Positions 48,928-61,900 of a DNA stretch of 64,000 nucleotides are shown here, one piece after another (within the stretch, counting starts at the first letter, position 1; each line of letters opens with the position of its first letter). This DNA is from Octopus bimaculoides (Eukaryota). The notes under the pieces were generated by a model, which worked only from the letters and a program-made list of their open reading frames with translations, did not search any database and was not told where the DNA came from. The stretch lies in contig NC_068987.1 of assembly GCF_001194135.2 (NCBI RefSeq), positions 32,157,309 through 32,221,308 on the forward strand, read 5' to 3'. Position numbers and translations under genes: made by a program.

Positions 48928-49228
48928 ATAATAATAATAATAATAATAACAATAATAATGGTTTGAAATTTTGGGGTAGGATCTAGTTGGTTACACCGAC
49001 ACCAACTAGTGCGCAACTGTTACTTATTCCATCGACCCTCAAATGAAAAAACAAAGCTGACCTCCGTAGAATTTGAACTCAGAACACAAAGGCAGACGAA
49101 ATGCCACTCAAAATTTTGTCCAGCGTACTAACAACTGTGCCAGCTACTCGAATTATTGTCGTAAACTATCTTTATTTAATCGCAAATAGTTGAATGTGAT
49201 AGATTATCAGGTGAAGTCCAGGTATTTC

Positions 49229-49700
49229 CAGGGCCGGCTTAAGGTATCGGCAACTCGGGCAGTCGCCCAGGGCGCCGTGTGCTAGGGGGCGCCAAGGCGG
49301 GCGTGACAAAGACAAGGAAATTTCCACGACCGTCAGCTTGTACACGCTGAAGTGCAGCTTGCCCGAGACGCCAGCAACCCTAGGGCCTAAAGAAATGTAT
49401 GTGAAATACCGTATTTCACACCCATTTCTTTAGGCCCGAGGGTTGCTACAAATAAGTACTTTGTGAAACTAGTACATTGCAGTAAAAAGAGGAAACGGGA
49501 TTCTGTTTAACGAACGTTTTGCTGCAATGCAATTACGATGTCAAATACTGTCAAGTATGTCGGCAGAAAAAAATGTTTTTGACCTCAATGTCATGTGACC
49601 TATAGACACTTCACAAAAATAAACTTATTTTTGATTGTGTTTTCCTACAATTACGTTGATAGTTTTTATAATCATAGCATATTTGGATGCAAATATTTGT
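49229..49700 (+). mobile_element. hAT (Tip100-like) terminus
   Basis: Starts CAGGGCCGGCTTAAGG followed by GC-rich subterminal ggcgcc motifs; other end not found. Confidence 0.65.
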
Positions 49701-50989
49701 TGGAATAGATTCATACTTAAGCAACGTATGATAGCTGAAGCATACAGAGGGTCTGGGGGTGAAATAGTAAGATAGTTAACTGGATTGATAGTTAAACAAA
49801 TAGATAGACAGATAGCTAGACGGATAAATAGATAGACAGCTTAAACAGACTGATAGATAGATAAATAGATAGAAAGTGAAAGAGATTGTGATTGCAGATG
49901 TATCCACACAATAAATTGTATTCAAAATTTTTAATGCAGTGAAATTGACAACATAATTTACGTTATGAATATCTTGAAATAGACGGAAGTAACACATAAA
50001 GCAAGNNNNNNNNNNNNNNNNNNNNNNNNNNNNNNNNNNNNNNNNNNNNNNNNNNNNNNNNNNNNNNNNNNNNNNNNNNNNNNNNNNNNNNNNNNNNNNN
50101 NNNNNNNNNNNNNNNNNNNNNNNNNNNNNNNNNNNNNNNNNNNNNNNNNNNNNNNNNNNNNNNNNNNNNNNNNNNNNNNNNNNNNNNNNNNNNNNNNNNN
50201 NNNNNNNNNNNNNNNNNNNNNNNNNNNNNNNNNNNNNNNNNNNNNNNNNNNNNNNNNNNNNNNNNNNNNNNNNNNNNNNNNNNNNNNNNNNNNNNNNNNN
50301 NNNNNNNNNNNNNNNNNNNNNNNNNNNNNNNNNNNNNNNNNNNNNNNNNNNNNNNNNNNNNNNNNNNNNNNNNNNNNNNNNNNNNNNNNNNNNNNNNNNN
50401 NNNNNNNNNNNNNNNNNNNNNNNNNNNNNNNNNNNNNNNNNNNNNNNNNNNNNNNNNNNNNNNNNNNNNNNNNNNNNNNNNNNNNNNNNNNNNNNNNNNN
50501 NNNNNNNNNNNNNNNNNNNNNNNNNNNNNNNNNNNNNNNNNNNNNNNNNNNNNNNNNNNNNNNNNAACTTGTTCATATATATTTAACAAAAATAAATACG
50601 TAGTTTGAATAATATAGGTAGATTTTTCAGTCAAGAATTAAAAAATCAACGACAGTTGTTTTTTTTATTAGAATCAGTTATAAAATGTCACTTTAAAAAA
50701 AATCAAGTTGAAAAAAAAATCAACGTTAATATAAAACAAACGAAAAAATAGAGTTTAAGCAACGTTTCCTCCGAATGAAATTAAGAGTCAATATAAAAAT
50801 ATTGAGCAAAATCTTTTCTTCAAGTCCTGAAATTCGTCAGTCCCATCACTTAAGAAGAAGAAAAAAAACAAAAACAAAAAATAAAAACAATAATTAACAT
50901 TTCTCAATTTTTTTAGATATAAATTTATTAAAATCAGAAAAAAATAATGATTTTAATGAGAAGGTTGTGTTTGTTTATTTTTGTACAAT

Positions 50990-52660
50990 AAATCAAATCT
51001 TGGTTTAATATTTATTAATGACATTTCAGTGTTCTCAACACTGGAACGATTTCTTTTTTGTTTTAATTTTAGTCAACACCGAAAATGTTGATTCGCACAA
51101 ATATGTTGTGACGAATGGTAAAAGGGCTACAATTGCTAATTTGGATAGCATTGCAAATTCGGCACTATCACCATGCCAAAAAGCATTTAAGGTTTTTAAG
51201 GAAAATTTAAGCTTGTGAGTTGAATTACTTGGAAGTTTCGCTTATTTCTGATGAGCTTTTAATAGCTAATGGCAGGTGTTTTACTCGTTCTAATTCAACT
51301 GTGAACGGAATTTGGATTCAATCCATCCTATTGGTTTTTGTCTAATTCTGGAAGAAACTATTTTTGGAAATTACTTTCTGAACTTTCTAAATGCTCAGTT
51401 ATTGTTTGATAAAATCAAAATTCAAAGCATTTTCAAAAACAAAATCTATTGTGTGTGAGAACATCTCTAATTCATTATTTTCTATTTTGTATTTCCTTAT
51501 GTTCAGTTTTTTAAATGGAAGGTCGAATTTTAGATTTAAGAAGGAAAATATTTGTGTTCTGTCCTTGCAGGAGAATATAAAGTCCATTAAGCTTGTCAAA
51601 AAAAATCTGTCAAATAAAAGAATTTGCATAATCAATCTTCTTTGTGAAATAAATTAGCCAAACCTGAATTTTGTCCCCACAAGAATATTATGACTTAATT
51701 TTGAAATTTTAATTATCGTTTCAAAACTCGTCTATTTGAGAGCCATCGCACTTCTGTTCTCAATAAAAGTTTACTGAAATTGGAACCATTTCGTTATAGA
51801 GATTTGTGAAAAGGCAACTACTGAGTGCGCTACTGATAATAATTTTAACTGCATTTAGATCTGCAGAAATTTTCTTCGACACTAACACCTCTCGGCAAAA
51901 CATGCAATGAATGTAGTGAAAGGATTTTTACTTACAGATTTGACATTTGCTTGAAATTCTATTTTCCTTCCTGTCTTACTTTCTGAATCGTTAGAACATA
52001 CTCCAGTGCATTAAGTCTTTGTGGGCACTGTTCTTATAACAATACCTGACGTATTACAATAACTGTGTTGTGTTTGTGATGTCAGTAATTTCATTCATTT
52101 GAATTGCAAACTTACAGAGCTTTTAATTAGTCGTCGTTAACTTTTGAAATACGACTTCAAACACTATTATTAGAGGAAATTATCTTATTTGGTCTGTATT
52201 TATTTTGTCTACCAATAGTATTATTCGATAGAGGAACTTTCCTTAATTAAACTCTACATTTTTTTCAAAGAACAATTTCTGTAATTTTAATCGCTGCTGG
52301 TAACACGAGTTCTTTACCGACGCTGTATATTTTTCTTTTAATCATGCAATTAAATAAGCAGCTTCAAAAGATGCCCTTAAGTATTTCACTGTGTCTATCG
52401 TGTGAATATGATTCTCAAGAGATTGCTTCAGGTTACTGAAAAATTTCGACAACTTTTCAAAAAGTTTTATAGGCTTATGACTATAAGAGAAATATTTAGA
52501 ATCAAAATATCATTCTAAATCCGTAATTTTCAAACTCTCAGTCGTCAAACAATCGTTAGAAATTAAGCAAACAAGTATATCTTCATTAAACCCATATTGC
52601 AAATAAGATTCATTATATTTTTTCTTTTTCGTGCGAAACTGCGTCGTACTCAGAGGATTA
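50990..52660 (-). pseudogene. second Buster/FAM200-type hAT transposase remnant
   Basis: Fragments KKYNESYLQYGF, HCMFCREVLVSKKISADL, LLLRTEVRWLS, FAMLSKLAIVALLPFVTTYLCESTFS; many stops. Confidence 0.88.
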
Positions 52661-53139
52661 TTTACTGACAATTTTATGGTGTTCCTTATGGCGGCGAGCT
52701 GGCAGTATCGTTACCACGCCTGACAAAATGCTAAGCGACTTTACGTTCTGAGTTTGCCTTTCATCCTTTCGGAGTCAATAAAATAATCACCAGGTGAGTA
52801 GTGGAGTCGATGCAATCGACTTATCCTAGTCCCCGAAACTGCTGGCCTTGTGCTAAAATCTGAAACCAATTTCATAGCATTCCTTGAAATTTGTGGTATA
52901 TCAGTTATGTTATTATAATTATTTTCTGTGGGTTTATACTTTAATAAACCCAACTACCCATTTAAGAGTAATTTTTAAAAAATGGAAATTACAGCGACAA
53001 TCTTTGAGCAGGCCACGATGAAGCACTCACTCAGCACAGGAACGAAACTTTTATCGGAATATAACACGTATGCATATGATACGTATGTAATACAAAACCA
53101 CCGGGAGAAAAAAAATGGATAAAGAGGAGTAAAGAAATA

Positions 53140-53894
53140 AAAGAGAAAAAAAAAAAGAAAAAACATCAAATCAACACTAACTGCCTCAATTGGTCGCACA
53201 CCACAAGGCTCAACGGAACCCATTGAAGCAAGCCAACACGCTCGCGGCATTACGACAGGTGATGGCGAGGCTAAGGCGTTGGAACAGCCAAGCACGCTCA
53301 CGGGCAAAACCTGATACCATGGGAAAGCGAGCCGTCAACGATGACTAGAACTTCAGCGTTAGCGGCCCAGGATTTCCAAACATCTCAAACGGCACAAGCT
53401 GGAAGAAAAAGTTCATTAACAGGACCCGATACTTAAGGATTTTGTTCTGTTCGGCTGCGGAAGCAGTAACCCTTCTATGTACCGCCGCATCCAGGATGTG
53501 GGAGGGAGCAAAGCAGTCACAGACTGTGGCGTCCCAGATGAGACTCTCGCTCCTTATCCACAGACAAAGAGTAAGACCATCTGGTCTCTTCCCATCACTT
53601 TTGGATAAGCCCGCGGGCTCCAGAGCTGATGGGTTATTAGCCCGAGTCGGTGCCCTCTTCATGATTATGTTTAGCTCAGTGTGACGAGCGAAAGGACCAG
53701 CATTTAGGCGGAAAGATAAACAGTGAAAGACCTGTGGAGTCGTGGGGGCCTACTACAGCGACATTTCAGTCCCTCACAGATGTTGGCTCCCATTTTGAGT
53801 GCAATGGAAATGCGGAGCTCATCTAGACTGAGTAGACCACCAATGTTGGCCACAGGCAAGACCTCAACCTAGTTCCTGAAGAATTTTGCACTAA
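53140..53894 (-). mobile_element. CRE-like RLE non-LTR retrotransposon 3' portion
   Basis: LEPAGLSKSDGKRPDGLTLC.W..SLIWDATVCD...AAEQNKILKY motif; cut by a gap at 53895. Confidence 0.8.
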
Positions 53895-56141
53895 NNNNNN
53901 NNNNNNNNNNNNNNNNNNNNNNNNNNNNNNNNNNNNNNNNNNNNNNNNNNNNNNNNNNNNNNNNNNNNNNNNNNNNNNNNNNNNNNNNNNNNNNNNNNNN
54001 NNNNNNNNNNNNNNNNNNNNNNNNNNNNNNNNNNNNNNNNNNNNNNNNNNNNNNNNNNNNNNNNNNNNNNNNNNNNNNNNNNNNNNNNNNNNNNNNNNNN
54101 NNNNNNNNNNNNNNNNNNNNNNNNNNNNNNNNNNNNNNNNNNNNNNNNNNNNNNNNNNNNNNNNNNNNNNNNNNNNNNNNNNNNNNNNNNNNNNNNNNNN
54201 NNNNNNNNNNNNNNNNNNNNNNNNNNNNNNNNNNNNNNNNNNNNNNNNNNNNNNNNNNNNNNNNNNNNNNNNNNNNNNNNNNNNNNNNNNNNNNNNNNNN
54301 NNNNNNNNNNNNNNNNNNNNNNNNNNNNNNNNNNNNNNNNNNNNNNNNNNNNNNNNNNNNNNNNNNNNNNNNNNNNNNNNNNNNNNNNNNNNNNNNNNNN
54401 NNNNNNNNNNNNNNNNNNNNNNNNNNNNNNNNNNNNNNNNNNNNNNNNNNNNNNNNNNNNNNNNNNNNNNNNNNNNNNNNNNNNNNNNNNNNNNNNNNNN
54501 NNNNNNNNNNNNNNNNNNNNNNNNNNNNNNNNNNNNNNNNNNNNNNNNNNNNNNNNNNNNNNNNNNNNNNNNNNNNNNNNNNNNNNNNNNNNNNNNNNNN
54601 NNNNNNNNNNNNNNNNNNNNNNNNNNNNNNNNNNNNNNNNNNNNNNNNNNNNNNNNNNNNNNNNNNNNNNNNNNNNNNNNNAGTTTCATCTGAGTCCATG
54701 ATGCAAAAACTTGAAATTAAATTTCATATTAAAAGAACTTGCGATAAAAATCGTCGAGTATGAAGGTAAATATTGTAAACAATGGTACTTTTCTATTATC
54801 TGAAATTATTTGGAAGGAAAGAGTCACTGCGACTGTTCCACAACCACGTGAAATTTGAATTAAAACAGGAAACGATAATATATCTTTATTTTAATATGAA
54901 GGAATTTTTCGGCACGAATATTATTAAATTTTAAATAAGTGGATTTATTTCTAAATGTACGTCACAAAAGTTTTCATGCAGGGAAAAATTGTAATGATTA
55001 GCCAGAAAATTATGATTCCAAAAATTTTTTAATGGAACTTCTCAATTGTAGTCACGACTCCCACTTTAGGAAGACATGATTTACAATAATAGCTTACAAT
55101 CAAATATTCAAACTTCTTGAAAGAGGCAGTGAACTGTTTATTGTCTCCGTAGTTCACTCAGTTAGATCACGATCCTGGTTGTTGAGTATTCGGCTTTCGC
55201 TAGATGTTCACTTTTGCAGATGTAATTTTCTTGGGAATTAATACATAGTTTTGACATGGTTAAAATCAATGTATAACTTTGGTGTTTTTGTAAAGCCAGA
55301 AACTGTGATCCTAGTACGTAGATTTTGAATGTTTTAAATTTAAAAAAGATCAAGTCAGACTTATTATCAAAATATAAATAGATAAATAGATAATAAAATA
55401 ATGGATGACGAATATCAATAAGATAGATTCCAAGCTAGAAATGAGGAACGGATTGTATATGTTTGATTTAAAGTGATCGTCATAATTCTAAAGAAATATT
55501 GATTTACGAAATTGGTAACGCATTGGGAAAAAATCTTGAGTTAGTTACATTTTTTTTTACATTCTCTGAAGTATGAAGTACAAGGTCCCTATGGTGGTCT
55601 TCATCATTACTTTAAGATCAATAAGATAAAATATCACGATGGAAATGGCTCGGTTTAATAGTCTATAACAATTCCCTACAGTTGAGATAAAATAAGATGT
55701 CATTATTCAACGTGAAACATAACCACTTTTTTTTTTTTGAGCACTGGGAGACTACTACTTGAAAATCAGTATTAAAATAGAGAACAAAAGGACAAATTCC
55801 CATTCAAAACATTAAAATACGCTGCAATAAAACAAACATTCAAATCACACCAACTTCTTGTATCTACGTTAGACAAAATTATATCTAAACATATTAGTTT
55901 CAAATTTTGGCAAATTAACTGCCCGCTCCTCACAAAATTTGGGCCTTGTCCCTAGAGTAGAAAAGAATATTAAAAGGTGGAGAGCTGGCAGAATCGTTAA
56001 CACATTAGGTAATGCCTAGCATCATTACCTTTGGTTTCATGTTCTGAGTTTACATTCCGGCGAGGTCGACTTTGCCTTTTCATCCTTTCGGAGTTGATAA
56101 AATTAGTATTAGTCGAGCATTGTAGTCGATTGACCTCTTCC

Positions 56142-56562
56142 CATGGCCGGATTAAGACCCTAAGTACTTAAAAGATTTTGGTGCCCTCAGGTATATGTAA
56201 ATGGTTCAAAATGTAAACGATAAAAAAACCATAAAATAAATTTTTATTTTTCAAAATAAAACAAAATTCACAGTAAGATGGAAAATAATGTTTACTTTTG
56301 TATGCTTCCACTTTATTTATATTTCAAAAGTTTTCTCCTTCGTTTTCTTTTTAATTGCAAAGTATTCGATGATATCGTTAAAATGAATTTTACGTTAAAT
56401 TTCTGCTTCTATACTTAGTAGAGATAAGGCATTACAAATATTATTTTAGTAAGTTTAAAGTGATTTCTTTTGTGCCGTAAACCATTTTCATTTCTGTGGT
56501 GTTCTCGTCCCCTGATGCCCTAATCAGGTGCTTATTATGCTTAATGGGTTAACCCAGCGCTT
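56142..56562 (+). mobile_element. hAT MITE inserted in a SINE
   Basis: TIR CATGGCCGGATTAA / degenerate TTAACCCAGCGCT; 8-bp flanks CCTCTTCC and CCCCTTCC (TSD with one change); splits SINE 55976-56610. Confidence 0.8.
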
Positions 56563-58032
56563 CCCCTTCCCCCCAAATTTCAGGTCTTGTGCCTACTGTA
56601 GAAGGGGTTATTCAATATCTAAAGAATACGAATATCTTGCAACATATGATCTATATATCAGTTACTCATGTAAAGCTCTTTTAATGTGACATTCAAACAT
56701 CTGAGGAAGTATCTTGATTTGTCGATTCTGTAAAGCATTGGACAAAACTCATCTTAGTTATATTTTAGCATTCTAATCCCGGATAAATGAGGTACAAATT
56801 CGGCATAATCGCCTTTGGTTCACAAAGTTTCGAGTCAATGAAATATAATACCAGTCAAATTCTGAGAGTCAATTAAATTTTCTATAATCACCTCAAATGT
56901 TGAATCAACGTTATATACCTTTATTCAATGTTGATCACAAAATATTTTCCTTTTTTTAATTTGTACATAGAGTCCATCATACGAAAACTTGGTCAAATAA
57001 TTTTAAAGCTCGCGTATTAAAAGGATGGGAATGTTTGAAAGACAAAAACTCAACCAACATTAAAATCTTTTTTTCTTTATTATTTTTAAGATAAAGTATA
57101 GTAAAACTGTTAGAGTGCCGGAAAAAAAAAACCCTTATCGGTATTCAGAAGCTGGAAGGGACGAATCAATATACTGTAAGTCCTTAACCAGGCATTTTAT
57201 TGTTTCTGGGATCCACTATCTCAATTCCGAAGTTGGACGAATGTTTCTATCATGCATACACGATCTTTATTGCTATAGATTATTTTGCTGTTGCTGATTT
57301 CCTACCTTGGTTGATTAGAACTGGAATTCAAGTGTAATATTCTTGATTTCTTTTCCTTGTCAAAGTTTCACCTCGATGTGAACATGTCATCACACAGTGA
57401 TAGCTGTTATATTTTGCTCAGACCAAGACATCACGTCAATTTTGAAAAGTGTAGGATTATTTACAGGTGCGAAAAGTATAAACCACTTTGGTTAATCGTT
57501 AATATACTTGTGGTTCTAAATGGGTATTGAAACCGGTTTGCACATTTTAAGACGCTAGTAGCAGAACTTCCATCGAAAACTCTTTGTCTTCACGTATTGT
57601 ATCTGGGTAATTTAGCTTGAAGGAAGTCATCCTTTTACAAGCTATATTGCCAAAGGATGAAACTGAACCCTGTACTACTAACTAAAGAATCACTCAGCAA
57701 TATTACAATGTTGCTACTACCTACTGTGTTAATTGTTGCTACATCACTAAAATCTGAACAATTAGCAAAGATTGTTTAGACCTGTTCAGAATGTTTTGTG
57801 TAATTTCAATTTTTAAAGCTCCACCTATTAAATTTTACAAAACTTAATTACCTTTTCGATAATTGGTTTTGTGTTTTACTAAAGAGTTCAAGTATTTGAG
57901 AAATGAATAGCTGCTATGATGTTGGTTTCACAATGTTATTAATTGCGTAAACGTACTAAGATTTTTTCAGACATAGACTGAAACTTTGTCGCGGTCTGTG
58001 AGTACAGAACTGACTTCTATAATTAACAAGGC

Positions 58033-58106
58033 GGCTCCATGGGTAAATTGGTCAGAACGCCCGTCTAGTAAGCAGAGGGTTGAGTGTTCGAATCTTACTG
58101 GAGCCC
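58033..58106 (+). pseudogene. tRNA-Thr(AGT) pseudogene
   Basis: GGCTCCATGGGTAAATTGGTCAGAACGCCCGTCTAGTAAGCAGAGGGTTGAGTGTTCGAATCTTACTGGAGCC. Acceptor stem intact; D and anticodon stems disrupted. Confidence 0.85.
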
Positions 58107-59051
58107 ATTGTCTTAATGTTATGGTATAAGAGAGGTGGACTGACAGAATTGTTTTGGCGTCATAAAAATATTTCGCAATATTTGTTCCAGCTCTTCAAGG
58201 CGGCGAGCAAAATACTTAGCGCATTTCGTCTGTCTTCACGTTCTGCGTTCAAATTCCGCCGAGGTCACCTTTGCATATCATCCTTTCGGGGTTGATAAAA
58301 TAAGTGTCAGCTGAACTAAGCCCCTACCTCAGAACCTACTGGCCTTGTGCCAAAATTTGAAACCGATATTTGTTTCAGCTCTTTAAGTTCCAGTTCTTCA
58401 AATCCCGTAGTCGACTTTGAGTTTCATTTTTTTCGCGGTCTATAAAATAAAGTAACAATCATGTACAGGTCGATGGTAGCGACTATGCCCACTTCTAGAA
58501 AAAAAAAAAAAAAATGACTACATGCCTTCTGCGTAAGCTGACCACTATTTAAAGAATGTTCTATTCATGAATATATTTCTTGTAGTCATACCGACTATTA
58601 CAGCTGTTGAAGATTATTTAAAATTTATGGAGTATAAATAATTAGTCTGTTGACTCCATCTTTCGGTTGCTTACAGCATCAGTTTAGCCAGCGGTTCTCT
58701 TGAGGCATTGTGAAAATTTACTCTTCTCTCTAATATTTATTTCTTTTCAAACATGTCAGCTTATGCAAACAGTTTTTTTTTCTTTACTTTTTTTTAGAAT
58801 CGCTTGAACGTTGTATAAAATGTCTTGCAATACTTTTACATTGTGACCTCAGAAGAATGAGATACAATGTCAGCATGGTTAATTTTCCTATCACTGTTTG
58901 TGTCTATGAAATGAAGTGCCAGTGAAATACTTGGTTTAGTTTAATATACTATTTCATTCCTTCAAACTATATTGTAACATTCCTCTTTTAGAAACAAATG
59001 CTATCGTTGATTTATATTAGTAAGCATACATACAAAGATACACCCACCCAC

Positions 59052-59084
<33 letters not shown>

Positions 59085-59180
59085 CATAAATACATACATA
59101 TATACCTACCTACCTACCTACATACATACCTACCTACATACATACATACATATATACATACATATATCCACACATACATG

Positions 59181-60298
59181 TCGAAGTGCATCCCTTGACC
59201 AAATGTGCATACTTGAGGCTGATTAACATCATAAGACTTGGAAGGCAGCTCCTTGACCAACGTTCTTTGTCTGATAACCTAGAATACATGCCCAAAGAAG
59301 TCGCACGACTCTACCGCAACGTATCATCAGATCAAAGGATGAGGCTATATGTGCAGAAGACTATGCATGGATATGTTAGTAGAAGCTCCGAGATGATAGT
59401 AACATCGACCATCAAAGCAGTTTATCATGGATCGATAGCCGGATTACTGCCTTCCACTTCGAAGGATATGCGTTTGCAATCCAGGAACAGGAAATTGCAA
59501 CCAAGTATCGGAAGCATAAAAGGGACAGAGATGCAGAAAAGCAGTAAAATGTGACGACCGATGCAGACTTTGTGGAATTAACACCAAAGATATCATCCAC
59601 ATCATAAGTAGTTGTCTGAAAATGTCATCACGATATTATCTACCGATGAGACACGATGCTGTGGCTAGGACACTCTATAATGAAATCCGTCGGAAGGATA
59701 ATCCCCGAGGACAAAGAAATAAGAACCCACAGTGTGGTAGAAGCCGTAGCTACTGATAATAAAAAGGAATACTGGTGGAATGTACCTGTGAAGATCTCAA
59801 TAAAATGTAAGCACAGCAGACCCGATATAATGATTTGGGATGGAGAAGAGAAACTGTGTACAGTTGTGGAAATTAGCTGCCTAGCGGATGTTAACATAAA
59901 GCTGAAGATCAGTGAAAAAGAGAATATCTAAGTTACTCTATCCAGATTACAAGTTCAGGTTTATACCTGTAATTATTGGGGGCCTGGGATATGTAACGCA
60001 CTGCCTAAATACTAATCTTGAGAAATTAGGCTTTTCAAAACCAGAAAAGAGAAAGCTAATTCGAAGACTACAGATCCATCCATCACTAGAACTGTAAAAA
60101 TCTGTAAAACTTTCCAGGCAACAGTAACCATGAGAATACATACATAAAGCAAGACATACGTTTCTGCAGATATACATACATACAAATAAAAATACCCTGT
60201 TGTCGATATTGAAATTCCAATGAAGAAGCCTTGAATCTAGGTTAGAAACCGGCTCTTTCTCTATTGGCAAGAAATCTTGAAATAAGCTGAACAATAAC
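59181..60298 (+). mobile_element. RLE-type non-LTR retrotransposon fragment embedded in (CATA)n
   Basis: YWWNVPVK..CKHSRPDIMIWD..CTVVEISC and FRFIPVIIGGLG (PD-(D/E)xK-type endonuclease); CATA repeats at both ends. Confidence 0.85.
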
Positions 60299-60368
60299 AT
60301 ACATACATACATACATATATATATTCTTATACACACACACACACACACAAGGAAATTTGTGGTATATA

Positions 60369-60586
60369 ATCCTTTCTGCTATAGGCACAAGACTTGAAAT
60401 TTTTTGGGAGTGGGGTATGTCGATTACATCGATCCCAGTACTCGACTGGTACTTAATTTATTGACCCCGAAAGGATGAAAGGCAAAGTCGACCTTGGCGG
60501 AATTTGAACTCAGAACGCAGCAGCAGACAAAATACCGCTGAGCATTTCGTCCGGCATGCTAACGACTCTGCCAGCTCGCCGCCTTA
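60369..60586 (-). mobile_element. SINE family B (other copies: 30712-30921 -, 36458-36638 -, 46276-46490 +, 48960-49150 -, 52691-52870 +, 55976-56610 +, 58199-58367 +, 62028-62240 -)
   Basis: Family B head, B box and tail motifs. Confidence 0.9.
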
Positions 60587-60877
60587 ATTTGTGGTATACA
60601 ATGATATTGTATGATTAATAACTGTAAATTAGGTATGACACTGTGTATGTGAAGATAATCCTAACCTCCGATAATAAGTCAACTTTGCATTATGACATAT
60701 TGTATATTATACTCAGTTGAAAATAATTTATTTGGATAGTCACATAAATCTAATATTTAGGGTAAGGTAAATGGATAGTTGTTTAAGGTACTGGACGTGT
60801 TTCAGATGTAGAGTGAAACTGTCTCAGTGCAGCATATTTCATTTTAATGAAACTGGTATTTTGATATGTACAGAGGT

Positions 60878-60930
60878 GGTTCTATAGTTCAGTTGGTCAG
60901 AGCATCAGTTAAGTGAACTGGAAGACTGAG
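60878..60930 (+). pseudogene. tRNA-Thr(AGT)-derived 5' fragment
   Basis: GGTTCTATAGTTCAGTTGGTCAGAGCATCAGTTAAGTGAACTGGAAG aligns to the first ~47 nt of the intact copies, mostly by transitions; T arm lost. Confidence 0.7.
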
Positions 60931-61649
60931 CTGCAGCAATTCACTAAAGCAAGATTTCACTTGAGTATTTTGACATCCATGGCACTCAGAGATATTTTAT
61001 CTACTTCTTTACTGATTCCAACATCCACCACACTTCAAGATATTTTGTCAAACTCTCTACAGATTTTGCAATCAAACACCCTATTAAAAATTCATGAATT
61101 CAAGAAAAAATGTACTTGGATATAAACAATAGCATCATCATTCTAAATATTTTAAAAATATTCTGACATTAACCTTTACTGGTTTTCTGGAGAATACTGT
61201 GGTCGATGATCTGTTTGAATGAAATTAACTTACAGGGAAATAGTAGACATACAGACATTTCCAAATGACTGTAGAATTACTGGGATTTGGAAGGGATGGC
61301 GGGGTGATAATGCTTGATGCTCAAACTGCTTTAAGGGCTAAGGTTCTTAATTTAGCCTAAGAGCCACAACTTAGAAGAGCTTACGAATATGTGAGAAATA
61401 TCACAAATCAATCCCAAATTTTCAAATTTTGTCTCCATGTTGCGTATCAAGATGGAACCAGCTAGAAATTGGTAAGTACTCTCAAATACATAAACTACAG
61501 CGGGAGCAGAAAACATCATGGAAGAATCGTTGATAAGTTACAAACAGATGATCTTTATGTGTGATTTACAGGATCTCCAAATGTTTCCGCTAAAGTCCTA
61601 TACCAATATATTTGTGTAAGTCATATCATTTATATTGTGGTCAGTACAG

Positions 61650-61658
61650 TACTACTAG

Positions 61659-61727
<69 letters not shown>

Positions 61728-61900
61728 AAACACAACTATGGCGTGCATGACTACTACTAAACTATCACAGCACAACAACCAACATTACTACCACATCAAA
61801 CATGTTCACTATCATCATCAACACCACTAACACCATCATAATATCAACACCACAACCACTACCATAATCATCACGGCTATCCCAATTACCACCGCCAGGG
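61650..61900. repeat. (TAC)n and (CAC/CAT)n microsatellites
   Basis: Direct inspection. Confidence 0.95.

Noticed and set aside
57180-57700. Possible Penelope GIY-YIG/RT remnant on the minus strand
   Set aside because: Only vague motif similarity with many stops; cannot be assigned by eye.
60205-60260. Hammerhead-like CCAATGAAG...GAAACCGG in the RLE element 3' UTR
   Set aside because: Lacks both U4 and the essential G5, and has no NUH triplet in this copy.
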